Shown: positions 1 to 10,506, counted from the stretch's first letter. The stretch is 64,000 nt of DNA from Candidatus Hydrogenedentota bacterium (GCA_026415215.1 JAOAHN010000063.1:778-64777); one strand, 5' to 3'. Made by a program: numbers and translations. The notes: generated by a model not told the origin, from the sequence alone.

Positions 1-1199
1 AGGATATTCACACCATTAAAAAAGTTGAGCATACTGCGGAAAAGTTCTTGAGCAAGGGCTATAAAAACTTCGTTGTTCTCGGTATAGGAGGGTCTGCCTT
101 GGGAATCATTGCTCTGAACACAGCACTAAATCCTCCTTTCTATAATCTTTTACCTCAAAACATTAGAAAAGGCCACCCTAAGCTATTCGTAATGGACAAT
201 ATCGATCCCGATACTTTCTCACAGATGCTCTCAATATGCCCTATCGAAGAAACCTTATTCAATGCCATCTCCAAATCTGGCGAAACTGCAGAAACAATGT
301 GCCAATTAATGATTGTCCTTGACATGATTGAGAAAACTGTAGGAAAGGACAAAGTAAAAGAGCACTTAGTATTGACAACAAGTCCCAAAATTGAAAATGC
401 CCCAAAAAGTCTCTTCCACCCAATCGTAGAAAAATATGAACTTACCCAATTTGACATTCCTCTAAATGTAGGAGGTAGATTTTCAGTGTTTTCACCTGTA
501 GGTTTATTTCCCTCGGCTATCTTAGGCTTCAACATTCAGGAAATGCTTGAAGGCTGTGAAAAAATGGACGAGTTATGTTTAAATCCTAACTTGGAACTTA
601 ATCCCGCATATCAATTTTCAGCAATTCATTATCTTCTCGACAAGAACAAAGGTAAAAAAGTATCTGTAATGATGCCATATTCAGACAAACTAAAGGACAT
701 TGCTGATTGGTACCGCCAGCTCTGGGCCGAAAGTTTAGGAAAGAAATATGATTTAAATGGAAATATTGTTTACTCTGGCCAAACTCCCATAAAAGCATTA
801 GGAGTAACAGATCAACACTCTCAAATACAACTATATAGGGAAGGTCCTAACGACAAAATTATAAATATTATTAAGGTAAACAATTTTGATAACATCTTGA
901 AAATCCCCAATATTTTAAGTGAAATATCTGAGCTCGATTACCTTAGAGACAAAACAATGAATGCACTTTTAGCCGCTGAGCTGATAGGGACGCGCGATGC
1001 ATTAGTTTTAAGTCAAAGACCCGTAATAACAATTGAAATAGATGAAGTCAGAGAATACACTGTAGCTCAACTTATGTATATGCTCGAAGTTGCTACTGCT
1101 ATGGCAGGAAAATTGTATGGAGTTAACGCTTTTGACCAGCCAGGGGTAGAAGAAGGTAAAAGAATCGCTCGAGAACTGATGAGAAAAATACAAGTATAA
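1..1199 (+). CDS. pgi: Glucose-6-phosphate isomerase, 5'-partial. The reading frame is open back to the window start, so the TTG at 48 is not the true start.
   Basis: Has the VLGIGGSALG phosphoglucose-isomerase motif and bacterial/archaeal PGI-like length and composition. The frame continues upstream (…DIHTIKKVEHTAEKF…) with no stop. Confidence 0.8.
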   Translation, partial: DIHTIKKVEHTAEKFLSKGYKNFVVLGIGGSALGIIALNTALNPPFYNLLPQNIRKGHPKLFVMDNIDPDTFSQMLSICPIEETLFNAISKSGETAETMCQLMIVLDMIEKTVGKDKVKEHLVLTTSPKIENAPKSLFHPIVEKYELTQFDIPLNVGGRFSVFSPVGLFPSAILGFNIQEMLEGCEKMDELCLNPNLELNPAYQFSAIHYLLDKNKGKKVSVMMPYSDKLKDIADWYRQLWAESLGKKYDLNGNIVYSGQTPIKALGVTDQHSQIQLYREGPNDKIINIIKVNNFDNILKIPNILSEISELDYLRDKTMNALLAAELIGTRDALVLSQRPVITIEIDEVREYTVAQLMYMLEVATAMAGKLYGVNAFDQPGVEEGKRIARELMRKIQV

Positions 1200-1217
1200 A
1201 TCTACTTATTCTCCATA

Positions 1218-2834
1218 ATGTCAAAAGAAAATGACAAAATAGAGATTCTTTCAACACCACCTGAAGAAAAACTCCCTTCATATCCTGGTCATTTTTTAAC
1301 ACCAGCTGAGGACCTCTACTCCAATAACAAATTTAAAACAACTTACAAAAGATTAGCTTTACTTGCCCTCTTTTTTACCCTATCACTATGGTTCACTGAC
1401 AGATATCTAAGATACAACCTCATAGAAACAAAGTATAGAATTGCGGTCTCTCTTGAGCCAGAATCTGCTCGACCGATAATGAGAAGTGTAGTTAAAGAGT
1501 TGCAAAAAAAATTAGACACCAGTGAGTACTCACTGCAGTATTTACAATACATAGAGTTTCTTGCATCAATAGAGGAAGGAGATGAAGTCTTAAAACTATA
1601 CGAATCTATTTATCCATTCAATAATCAAAATCCAGAGTTTTTAATTAGATTAGGGTGCAGGGAGTATCTCCTTGGAAACTACGAAAAAGCGAAAATATAC
1701 TTTTCAGAAGCAGGTAATCTTGCACCTTTAAATTCTTTATCCAACTACCTGTTACTATCTGCAAATTTTAAGCTTTCCACTTACTCTGATTTCGATGCTT
1801 TAATTACAACTCTAATAAAGGAAAACATAAATAACCACTCATTAATATTTCCTGAACCCTTTTGGCATCCCTCACTCCCGGTATATTCCTACGCTTATTA
1901 TCTTAGAAAGAAAGAAACCTATGAGAGAGCACTTTCACCTATTTACGAACTGTGCTATAGTGTAACGAATCACCTGACCGACTTAGGCAGAGATAGTAAT
2001 CCATATCCCTCAGATAAGGTCAAAACGGTTCTCGAAGGGTTATACTTGATGGGAGAAAAAATTGCAAGAAAAACCATACTAAATGACCAGTACCTCGGTT
2101 CATTACCTCTACATCTTTCCCTCACAATCCAGAGACATATTCTTCACTACTATGAAAATACTAAGGAGAAACTTAAAATAAAATCTGATTTATTAGAATC
2201 TGAGAAAAGCAAAATTAGTAAAATCTCTGAAAACTTAGACCTATTATCATCTCTCAACTCTGAGCGAGAGAAAACCTTTGAAAAAAGCAAAAATAACCTT
2301 TTCTTTCTCTTGTTAACTGTAGTCTTCAATGCGGTTGGACTCTTGCTCCTCTACTTAGTCTCAAAACTTTTTAATCATCTCTTAACTGATCAGTCACCTA
2401 TTTTATCCCAACCTAACAGATTGTCTGTTATGACCCCTTTACTATGGGTAATTATTTTTACAATAATACTATTTTTATTAACACCTAACAGCTTATACTC
2501 ACCATTCTCAGTTTACAGTCACTCCTCAATCCTAAAGATCTTGGTAATAGCTAATTTTTTTATTCCTCTTTTAATATCTATTGTAGAATCATATAAACAA
2601 AACTCGGAATTATCAAATAGACAAACCTTAAAGAAAAATACCTTTCTCCTTTTTACCTTTTACTTTGAAAATACAGTATTTTTCCAACTTTATTCTCTTA
2701 TTATTGGAATCTCAATATGGTTTCTTGCATTTAGATTTCTTTTCTTCTCATACCCTTACCAATTAAATCTTGTACCGGACCTACTTACAGAAAGAGAGAT
2801 ATACCTTGTCCAATCCATAATCAAACAGTATTAG
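1218..2834 (+). CDS. Hypothetical membrane protein with an N-terminal TM helix, a TPR-like helical region, a coiled-coil stretch and a C-terminal polytopic region.
   Basis: Hydrophobic segments near aa 45-60 and a cluster of 5-6 TM-like segments after aa 355. Lys/Glu/Ser-rich coiled-coil around aa 320-350. No recognisable catalytic motif. Confidence 0.45.
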   Translation: MSKENDKIEILSTPPEEKLPSYPGHFLTPAEDLYSNNKFKTTYKRLALLALFFTLSLWFTDRYLRYNLIETKYRIAVSLEPESARPIMRSVVKELQKKLDTSEYSLQYLQYIEFLASIEEGDEVLKLYESIYPFNNQNPEFLIRLGCREYLLGNYEKAKIYFSEAGNLAPLNSLSNYLLLSANFKLSTYSDFDALITTLIKENINNHSLIFPEPFWHPSLPVYSYAYYLRKKETYERALSPIYELCYSVTNHLTDLGRDSNPYPSDKVKTVLEGLYLMGEKIARKTILNDQYLGSLPLHLSLTIQRHILHYYENTKEKLKIKSDLLESEKSKISKISENLDLLSSLNSEREKTFEKSKNNLFFLLLTVVFNAVGLLLLYLVSKLFNHLLTDQSPILSQPNRLSVMTPLLWVIIFTIILFLLTPNSLYSPFSVYSHSSILKILVIANFFIPLLISIVESYKQNSELSNRQTLKKNTFLLFTFYFENTVFFQLYSLIIGISIWFLAFRFLFFSYPYQLNLVPDLLTEREIYLVQSIIKQY

Positions 2835-2859
2835 TATCTAACTTTTCCAAAAACTCCAA

Positions 2860-2889
2860 TTGATTTACCCCCTCATGACTTTGTATAAT
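2860..2889 (+). promoter_or_regulatory. Candidate sigma-70 promoter, TTGATT-18-TATAAT, upstream of the two-component operon.
   Basis: TTGATT at 2860-2865 and TATAAT at 2884-2889, followed by an AGGAGG RBS at 2945-2950. Confidence 0.3.
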
Positions 2890-2956
2890 AAATGCTAATC
2901 CAATTAAAAATGTTAAATATGGAATAATTACTAAATACTGTTATAGGAGGTTGGAA

Positions 2957-3544
2957 ATGATGAATAGAGAACAGAAAGCTTATACAACCTTCGAAGCGGC
3001 GAGAATATGTCATGTTACTCATCACAGCATAAAAAATTGGATTAGGCAAGGCTTAATCAAAGCATCCAGAACTCCAGGTGGACATTACAGAATCTTGGAA
3101 AAAGACTTAGATGAATTCCGTGAGAAATACGACATGTTCCCCAAGGATGCGAACATGAAGAGGTATAGGATAATGGTAGTCGATGATGACCCTGAAGCAA
3201 TTCAACTAATAGAAACTGTTTTGGGTAACGATGACTATGAAATCATTAAAGTAGCTAATGCTACAGAAGTTGGTATAAAGGCTGTTTTACTATCTCCAGA
3301 TTTAATACTTCTTGATTTTCTTATGCCAGAAATCAACGGATTCGATGTCTGTAGAGCACTTAGGAATAATGATATAACAAGAAATATCCCTATAATGGCA
3401 GTAACCTGCCTTACTAAAGAATCCGATATAGAAAGAATATTTGCATGCGGAGCAGATGAATACCTTGCAAAGCCTTTTAAAGTTGACCAGCTCCTTGAAA
3501 AGGTTAAGGAATTAGTTACTAAGGGTAGAGCTGTTCTTAAATAA
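2957..3544 (+). CDS. Response regulator with an N-terminal MerR/excisionase-type HTH (HTH_17-like) and a C-terminal receiver domain.
   Basis: The N-terminus (…FEAARICHVTHHSIKNWIRQGLIKASRTPGGHYRI…) matches the excisionase/MerR HTH. The receiver has the canonical VVDDD pair, phospho-acceptor Asp in LLDFLMP, a conserved Thr (AVTCLT) and Lys (AKPF). The ATG at 2957 is 6 nt after AGGAGG; the tracked TTG at 2951 lies inside the RBS. Confidence 0.75.
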   Translation: MMNREQKAYTTFEAARICHVTHHSIKNWIRQGLIKASRTPGGHYRILEKDLDEFREKYDMFPKDANMKRYRIMVVDDDPEAIQLIETVLGNDDYEIIKVANATEVGIKAVLLSPDLILLDFLMPEINGFDVCRALRNNDITRNIPIMAVTCLTKESDIERIFACGADEYLAKPFKVDQLLEKVKELVTKGRAVLK

Positions 3545-3581
3545 CTTCCGCTGTAAAAATTGCTCCTAAGGAAAGAAAAGA

Positions 3582-6500
3582 ATGAATCCATCTAACCAAA
3601 GGAGCGGAGGTATCGAGAAAAAGTTTTTTGTTGCCATTTTCTGGGTTGGCATTCTCCCAATGACAATTACCCTAATTGTTGCTTATGTTTTCGCAAGAGA
3701 AAGTCAATGGGTAACTACAAAGAGAAATCTGACCACCGCAGTCAGGAGAACAACAGAAGGGCTAAAACTTGCCATAAATACTCGTCTAAATATTACCGAA
3801 AAAATTTCCACTGACCCTTTATTCGAAAAATTTCTAAAGCTCCCATCTAATGAGAGAAATACTTTAATACCCGAAATAACGGAAAAACTGAAAAAAGTTA
3901 AAAATACTTCCGATGGCAAAACCATCTCTTTGGCAATATTAGATACTAACAAAAATATTCTCGTTGCTCTGCCAGATTTTAACATAGGAACTGAAATAAT
4001 TCCCGAATGGCATACAAAAATTGAAAAGCCAAAGATTATATCAATTACCACATTTCCATCATCGAATATATTTACTTTCACCATTGGAGCACCAATAAAA
4101 GATAGAGAAAATTCGAATACAATAGGATTCTTGTTAGAAATACAAAGCATAGATGAACTGATTGAGTTTGCTCTCGGCAGTAGCACATCCGCATCTGAAG
4201 GATTAGGCTCAGAACATATCTATTATTCCTTGAGTTACCTTTCTGAGAAAGGTGGTATCTCAATATTTAAATCTCCCCCAAAGTCGCCTATATCCGCCAA
4301 AGATTATTATTACGAGCCTGTAGACAAAAGACTCCTTCAAAGAATAAAAAGAGCTTTTCCTAAAAATGAGGGTATTCTAACACTATTCAGTTTTATGGTT
4401 AATAATAAACGCCTACCTGTTTTAATAGCTTTCCAAAAAATATTTCCGGAGTATGAACTATATACAATAGTTTTTAGGCCTTTCTATGAAATATTCTGGT
4501 TTATTCATGTAGGTTCTATAGTGGCTCTTATTTTAGCGGGAATGGTGATCCTAATCTTCTCAATAATCGGCTACAGGATTGTAAATAAAAATATTCTTTT
4601 ACCTTTAAGCCTTATAAATGAGGGAGCCCAAATAATAAGACAGGGAGACCTCGATCTAAAACTAAAAATTGCCACAGGTGATGAACTGCAAGAAGTAGCC
4701 GAATCCTTCAACGAAATGGCTAGCACATTGAGGAAGAACATTAGAAAATTAGAAGAATCGGAAGAAAGATACAGAAATCTTGTCAACTCGATGCGAGACG
4801 GAATATTTCAAACGGACGAGAACGGAAAAATAACATTCATCAACCCGGCGGGGGCGAAGATTCTTGGTTATAGTCAACCTGAAACAGCAATAGGAACCTC
4901 CATAAACGAGTTCTTGGTGAGTGACGATGATTTTGAGTATATCAAAAATCAACTTACAACTACTGGTTTTATCCACCAACATCGTATATGGATAAAACCT
5001 TACGAAGGTGAACCAATATGCATAGAAATATCAGCAGATAGAAAAAAAGACCCTCTAAAAAAAGTATACATATTAGAAGGTATCTTCAGAGACATCACTC
5101 AAAATGTTCTCCTTGAGAAAGAAGTCCACAAGAGAGCCGAAAGAATCAGAGCTGTAAACCTCATCGCTCAAAGTATAAATTCAAGCCTCGAAGTCGGCAA
5201 AGTATATGAGACTATATTAGAAGAGATTAAAAGGTTAATCCCATCTGCGGATTTAGTGCTTTTGGCAATAAATAAATACAAAAGTGGTGATACCGACAGT
5301 CCTTCTGTTGAATATGAAATACTTAAGAGCTCTTCAAAAAATGTTGAGGAGATTCCTATTCCAAACAAAAGTATAACAAGGTTATCGACAAAAAAAGATT
5401 TTATTCATTATGACTTTCTACAGTCAGAAGACGAAGAAATAGCGAAAGAATTTCCTCCCAGGATTTCGAGCCTTTTAGGTATCCCCCTCTACACAGAACA
5501 AGAATTCCTTGGATGCCTAATTCTCGCATCTGAAACTCCCAAAGTGTTTTCATCACATGAAATAAATACTGTAGAAGAACTTGCTCCCCATATCGCTGTC
5601 GCTATAAGAAATGCAAAACTACTTGAAAAACTCAGACAAACTCTGGATGAAGTAAACCAAGCAAAAGAACAACTAAATATGGCAAACGAAGAATTGAAAA
5701 CACTTGATGAGATGAAAACAAATTTATTGTCAAATGTATCTCATGAATTAAGAACACCTCTTGTAGCGGTAATGGGATACACAGACATGGTTTTAAAAGG
5801 GAAAGCAGGGCCTATAACAGAAAACCAAAAAGAATTCTTGACGATAAGTATGAGAAATATAGAAAAACTTGTAACTCTCATAGATAACCTACTTGACTTT
5901 TCAAAATTATACAAAGGTAAAGAAGAGCTTATATTTAGCACTTTTGACTTAATAGAATGCGTCGAATATGGAATTCAGAATATTAGGCCCATGGCTGAAC
6001 CAAGAGGAATAACTCTGGAAGTTATATACCCCGAGAAGCCTATACTTGTAGATGGCGACAAAGGAAAAATACTACAAGTCCTAAATAACCTTCTGTCAAA
6101 TGCAGTAAAGTTTAATAAGAATAACGGAGCAATAACTGTCACAATAGAAAAAGTGGAGGATAGAGAGGTAGAAATTTCTGTATCAGACACGGGCATAGGA
6201 ATCCCTGAAGAAGCCCTGGACAAAATCTTTACAAGATTTTACCAAGTAGACTCCTCTTCAACAAGAAAATATGGTGGAGCTGGTATAGGTTTGGCTATAT
6301 CTCAAGACATTATCAGGCTCCATGGAAGTACAATAAGTGTCAAAAGTAAATTGGGCGAAGGTAGCACCTTCTCCTTCAGATTACCATTACACGGTAGATC
6401 ACCTAAAGACCATGCAAAATTTGATAAAGAATTAACTCCAGAGGAAACTCACCTATTAGTTGAGTTAGTTACTCAAGACCGAGGCCTCAATGCTCAAATT

Positions 6501-7205
6501 CGCCAATGGCTAATCGAAGAAAACATCGATGTTATAAGTGCTCTTCATCAATCTGCTGCGGTTTCTCTATTCCTAAAATACAGCCCCGACTGCATAATTA
6601 TTGACTGTGAGGATTCCCCTCTCGCTAAAGAAAGGCTAAGGGAAATTATTGAGAATCCGGCATTAGAAAATGCCCCATTAGTTGTTCTTACCGATGATAA
6701 CAGAATTGGAAGCCTATACCCTGATAAGGCTATATCTACAATATCTAAAAGTTTTGGAAAAAGTAAATTAATCTCGGCGATAAGATACACTGTAAAAGCA
6801 TCTTCTTCGGAAATACCTTCTGAACTTGGAGATAAAATACTCTATCTTGATAATGAGGAACTTACTAAGTTAGTAAAGCCAATTCTTGAATCAAGCGGCT
6901 ATAAAGTCGAAGCCGTTACTACAGGAGAGGGCGCCCTCGAAAAAATACTAACTGGTGAATTCAGAGTACTCATATCAGAAATAACGCTCCCAGGACTTGA
7001 CATCTGGGAAACCTGTAAAATAATAAGAAGCAATCCTCAACTAAGAAGAATTAAAATAATCATAACTACAACAAAAACTCCCCAGGAAGTAGAAGAAAAT
7101 TGTAAAAAATACAACTTACATATAGACGGGCTACTACCAAAACCCTTCACAGCAGATGACCTACTTAGCGTAGTTAATAAATACTTCTCAGTGAGTCACA
7201 AGTAA
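3582..7205 (+). CDS. Hybrid sensor histidine kinase: TM, a roughly 260-aa extracytoplasmic sensor, TM, HAMP, PAS, GAF, HisKA, HATPase_c and two C-terminal receiver-like domains.
   Basis: HAMP-like LPLSLINEGAQIIRQGDLDLKLKIATGDELQEVAESFNEMA. PAS RYRNLVNSMRDGIFQTDENGKITFINPAGAKILGY. H-box SHELRTPL. ATPase G-boxes DTGIGIP and GGAGIGLAI. Two REC-like folds at the C-terminus. Confidence 0.85.
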   Translation: MNPSNQRSGGIEKKFFVAIFWVGILPMTITLIVAYVFARESQWVTTKRNLTTAVRRTTEGLKLAINTRLNITEKISTDPLFEKFLKLPSNERNTLIPEITEKLKKVKNTSDGKTISLAILDTNKNILVALPDFNIGTEIIPEWHTKIEKPKIISITTFPSSNIFTFTIGAPIKDRENSNTIGFLLEIQSIDELIEFALGSSTSASEGLGSEHIYYSLSYLSEKGGISIFKSPPKSPISAKDYYYEPVDKRLLQRIKRAFPKNEGILTLFSFMVNNKRLPVLIAFQKIFPEYELYTIVFRPFYEIFWFIHVGSIVALILAGMVILIFSIIGYRIVNKNILLPLSLINEGAQIIRQGDLDLKLKIATGDELQEVAESFNEMASTLRKNIRKLEESEERYRNLVNSMRDGIFQTDENGKITFINPAGAKILGYSQPETAIGTSINEFLVSDDDFEYIKNQLTTTGFIHQHRIWIKPYEGEPICIEISADRKKDPLKKVYILEGIFRDITQNVLLEKEVHKRAERIRAVNLIAQSINSSLEVGKVYETILEEIKRLIPSADLVLLAINKYKSGDTDSPSVEYEILKSSSKNVEEIPIPNKSITRLSTKKDFIHYDFLQSEDEEIAKEFPPRISSLLGIPLYTEQEFLGCLILASETPKVFSSHEINTVEELAPHIAVAIRNAKLLEKLRQTLDEVNQAKEQLNMANEELKTLDEMKTNLLSNVSHELRTPLVAVMGYTDMVLKGKAGPITENQKEFLTISMRNIEKLVTLIDNLLDFSKLYKGKEELIFSTFDLIECVEYGIQNIRPMAEPRGITLEVIYPEKPILVDGDKGKILQVLNNLLSNAVKFNKNNGAITVTIEKVEDREVEISVSDTGIGIPEEALDKIFTRFYQVDSSSTRKYGGAGIGLAISQDIIRLHGSTISVKSKLGEGSTFSFRLPLHGRSPKDHAKFDKELTPEETHLLVELVTQDRGLNAQIRQWLIEENIDVISALHQSAAVSLFLKYSPDCIIIDCEDSPLAKERLREIIENPALENAPLVVLTDDNRIGSLYPDKAISTISKSFGKSKLISAIRYTVKASSSEIPSELGDKILYLDNEELTKLVKPILESSGYKVEAVTTGEGALEKILTGEFRVLISEITLPGLDIWETCKIIRSNPQLRRIKIIITTTKTPQEVEENCKKYNLHIDGLLPKPFTADDLLSVVNKYFSVSHK

Positions 7206-7217
7206 CCTATCTTAACC

Positions 7218-8285
7218 TTAAGATTCTCTATAAAATAACCTATCCTCGGGGGGTATCTCTACCTCAATTCGAGTTCTGGCAGTATCAAGGCGAGGGGGAT
7301 AAAGTACTCTTATTGGCTCCGATCTTTCCTCAGCAATCCACTTGCTAAGCTCTTCCAGACCGTGAGTTGCAGATTCCCGAACTGGTAGCCAAACATGAGC
7401 TATTGCCTCTCGTAAAATCATTCTTCTCTCTTCATATGTCCAAATAACTATTTCGACATCTTTACCAAACTCTTTTCCTGCTAATCTACTCGCTTCCCTC
7501 AAGGCTATAGGGTCTTCATTACCACTACCATCTACAATTGCTGTTATACTTGGATTGGACAACAAGTAACAAGCACTCCTATACAAACTATCAAAATTAA
7601 ATTTAACAGGTTGAACTAAGTCTTTGTTGAATGGTATTCCGAATTCCTCTAAAGCTCTTCTGTAACCGGCAATCCTTTCTGCTCCTGGCTGGTATCCATC
7701 AAAAGCCTGAAGGAAACCAATTACCTTATGCCCCCTTTCTATTAGAAACTTCGTACTAATATATGCAGAATATTCATAATCTACAGTAGCATGGGAAATC
7801 TCAGGGAAAGAACTCAAACGCCCAAAAGCTACATACGGAATCCCAGCATCGTGAATTTTTCTCACAGTGGTATCGTTTAATGCAATAGGACCAACTAAAA
7901 CACAAGCCCTAAATAAATTATCAAAGACTCCTCGTGCGTAATTCCGTATTTCAAATGTTTCATAAGGCATAAAATCAAAACATATATACTCACCTTTCTT
8001 ACCGAAAATCCTATATAACTCATAGAAAAGCCACAAGAAAAATTTACTACTAAAAGGGACTATTTCTATTGGCGCTGGAAAAGTAATTCCTATACAAGCA
8101 GGTGTATTTACTCTCAATGATCGAGCAAAAATATTAGGATGGTATCCTGTTTTTTTAATTATCTCTAAAATTTTTACTCTGGTTTCAAATTTCACCCCAT
8201 CTTTGTTATTAATAACCTTGCTCACCGTTTTCGGTGATACCCCTGCTTCTTTAGCAATATCATATATAGTCACCTTTCTTTTCAT
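7218..8285 (-). CDS. LacI-family transcriptional regulator.
   Basis: N-terminal HTH VTIYDIAKEAGVSPKTVSKVINNK followed by a periplasmic-binding-protein-like sugar-binding fold. Confidence 0.8.
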   Translation of the reverse strand: MKRKVTIYDIAKEAGVSPKTVSKVINNKDGVKFETRVKILEIIKKTGYHPNIFARSLRVNTPACIGITFPAPIEIVPFSSKFFLWLFYELYRIFGKKGEYICFDFMPYETFEIRNYARGVFDNLFRACVLVGPIALNDTTVRKIHDAGIPYVAFGRLSSFPEISHATVDYEYSAYISTKFLIERGHKVIGFLQAFDGYQPGAERIAGYRRALEEFGIPFNKDLVQPVKFNFDSLYRSACYLLSNPSITAIVDGSGNEDPIALREASRLAGKEFGKDVEIVIWTYEERRMILREAIAHVWLPVRESATHGLEELSKWIAEERSEPIRVLYPPRLDTARTRIEVEIPPEDRLFYRES

Positions 8286-8599
8286 AATTTAATACTTCCT
8301 CCTTTTTTCGCAAATACACACTGGAAAAAAATCTACTTCTTCCTCACAATATAAATCGTAATATAAACTCTCTTTTTTACATTTTTGCTCTTCCTATAAT
8401 CTTCCTATATCTTTGTATTATTTTTTTCAAAACATTTGAAAATTTAAAGTGAAATTTTATCATATCCTATTTAACAATTCAATCATCATTCATACACACC
8501 TATATCTATTTCATCTACTATAGTATTTTGGTAATCGGTTACTTATGGCATAAAACAATCAGCCAAATCTAATAAAATAAGCATTTAAGAAGGTCAAAT

Positions 8600-9290
8600 A
8601 TGGGGAAAAAGGGTTAGGCTAATCAAACTTCTTGTTGTCATAGCTTTTAATCAGTATTCTCAAAGCAATTCTACTTCCCGCTCTCGCACATGCTCGTGAT
8701 ATAGATCCTCGTTCAATTCGTCGGAATAATCTTAAACAATGGAGTCTTGTACTCAAAATAATTCTAATTAGACAAAAGGTGAACATTTCTCCAGTGTAAA
8801 TGGGATTACACCCAAGAACAGATGGATAGCCCAGATGGATATTAGATGTTGGTCTAAATGCACTTGGTCTCTATACTGAGTACTTAACTGGCCCGATGAT
8901 TATCTTTTGTCCTTCCGATGCTATTTAGGAACTTCAATTGCTCGTGTTATTTTATTGGAATCTATCCACAAATAAACAAGTATATTTTGGCGAGGCAAAG
9001 AATCAGAAACGGTGTGAGTTCTACAGTGTATCGTCTAAAAGAAGGTATAAAAATATTCTCAATTACAGGCATTAAATTAACAATCCAAATGCTTCTGCCC
9101 AAGCTCAGAGCAGTGTTTGGATAATGTTCTACCAACTTTGTACAAATCCCCACGCATACAGCCACATTCCGGGTGGCTCCAATGTGCTTTACATGAATGG
9201 ACATGTCCAATTCCTGAGATATGGCGAATGTGAACTGCCGCAGTTAACAGACCAATGGCATTATTAGTAGGTATATTGACTTCTAACTAA
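8600..9290 (+). pseudogene. Decayed tandem paralog of the downstream prepilin-type/DUF1559 gene (9523..10506), with an early stop and internal deletions.
   Basis: DNA is collinear with 9508..10506, including the RBS and start context (aagaaggtcaaatATGggg vs aaggaggtcaaaatATGcaa). It shares the N-terminal hydrophobic segment, a middle block (8840-8935 vs 9811-9880) and a near-identical 3' end (9121-9290 vs 10337-10506). A TAG stop falls at codon 6 and roughly 300 nt are missing relative to the intact copy. Confidence 0.7.
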
Positions 9291-9395
9291 ATAATAGACT
9301 CAAGTAAATCTTCAACTTAGAATCATCTTTTAGTGACTATTTTAGTGATTATATTGAATACGAGTTATAACCGCTTATTTTTTTCTTTCAAACGA

Positions 9396-9424
9396 TTTGA
9401 CATCTGAATTTTTATTAATATAAG
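9396..9424 (+). promoter_or_regulatory. Candidate sigma-70 promoter, TTGACA-17-TATAAG, for the DUF1559 gene.
   Basis: TTGACA at 9396-9401 and TATAAG at 9419-9424. AAGGAGG RBS at 9508-9514 before the ATG at 9523. Confidence 0.35.
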
Positions 9425-9522
9425 ATTAGTGCAAAGTTTACTTTTATTCTTTCAGTAATCGATTACTTCTCTGTGTGAAGTAGTCAAGTAAACCTTAAGA
9501 ACAAGTTTAAGGAGGTCAAAAT

Positions 9523-10506
9523 ATGCAAAAGAAGGGTTTTACTTTAATTGAACTACTCGTCGTCATCGCCATTATTGGCATACTTGCTGCAATTCTACTT
9601 CCTGCTCTCGCCCGCGCCCGTGAAGCCGCTCGCCGGTCAAGCTGTCAGAACAATCTAAAACAATGGGGACTCGTTTTCAAGATGTATTCCAACGAAGCTA
9701 AGGGAGAAAGATTTCCCCCGATTCAGGCAGGTGTCTACTTGGATGCAAATCAGCAATACAGAGGTGTGTTAGACGCTGGACCAAATGTATTTGTCCTTTA
9801 TCCAGAATACTTGACTGACCCAATGATAGTCTTCTGTCCATCTGATGCAGAGTTGGGAACTTCTATTGCCCGAGCACACTTCAATGACGATGTGAACCAA
9901 GATTGGTGTCTGGGTTATGCACACAACCATGGTGGAAGATGCGCTCGCGCTATCGACATGAGCTACGGTTACCTCGGATGGGTTTTAGATAAGGGTAATT
10001 GCGACGATCCTATAACCACTGTTTCCTCTTTCCCATTATTAGGAACATTAGCCCAAATGTTAGGCGTACAGCTCGATCCCAACACTCAGATCTCATCCCA
10101 AGTAGGTGCTGCTTTTGAATATCTTGTCCAGCAGGCGCTTCCTTTAATAGGAGTAGATCCTAATACCTTACCCAAAGGGATTTATCCTACCATCGACCAA
10201 GACATCCCTGTTACTGCAGGTCTTGGTAATGGCGGTGGCTCGACAATCTATAGGCTAAGAGAAGGTATTGAGAGATTTTTAATTACCGACATCAACAATC
10301 CAAGTGCCTCTGCCCAAGCTCAAAGCAGTGTTTGGATAATGTTCGACCAACTCTCTACAAATCCCTCTGCATACAACCACATTCCGGGTGGCTCTAATGT
10401 GCTTTACATGGATGGACATGTGCAATTCCTGAGATACGGCGAATGTGAACCTGCCCCAGTTAACAAACCAATGGCGGTATTGGTTGGAATCCTAACTTCG
10501 AGCTAA
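9523..10506 (+). CDS. Prepilin-type N-terminal cleavage/methylation domain protein with a C-terminal DUF1559 (H-X9-DG) domain, a pseudopilin-like secreted protein.
   Basis: [44 protein letters not shown] is the classic type IV pilin-like leader and methylation site. The C-terminal [15 protein letters not shown] fits the H-X9-DG motif. This family is massively expanded in Planctomycetes and other PVC lineages (established knowledge). Confidence 0.8.
   Translation: MQKKGFTLIELLVVIAIIGILAAILLPALARAREAARRSSCQNNLKQWGLVFKMYSNEAKGERFPPIQAGVYLDANQQYRGVLDAGPNVFVLYPEYLTDPMIVFCPSDAELGTSIARAHFNDDVNQDWCLGYAHNHGGRCARAIDMSYGYLGWVLDKGNCDDPITTVSSFPLLGTLAQMLGVQLDPNTQISSQVGAAFEYLVQQALPLIGVDPNTLPKGIYPTIDQDIPVTAGLGNGGGSTIYRLREGIERFLITDINNPSASAQAQSSVWIMFDQLSTNPSAYNHIPGGSNVLYMDGHVQFLRYGECEPAPVNKPMAVLVGILTSS

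Noticed and set aside
48-1199. TTG at 48 as the start of pgi.
   Set aside because: The frame is open to the window edge and PGI proteins have roughly 60-100 residues before the GIGGS motif. The gene is 5'-truncated by the window.
8918-9210. Two overlapping small ORFs (68 aa on the plus strand, 82 aa on the minus strand).
   Set aside because: Both lie inside the decayed DUF1559 paralog. The plus-strand one is an in-frame fragment of the relic and the minus-strand one is antisense noise.
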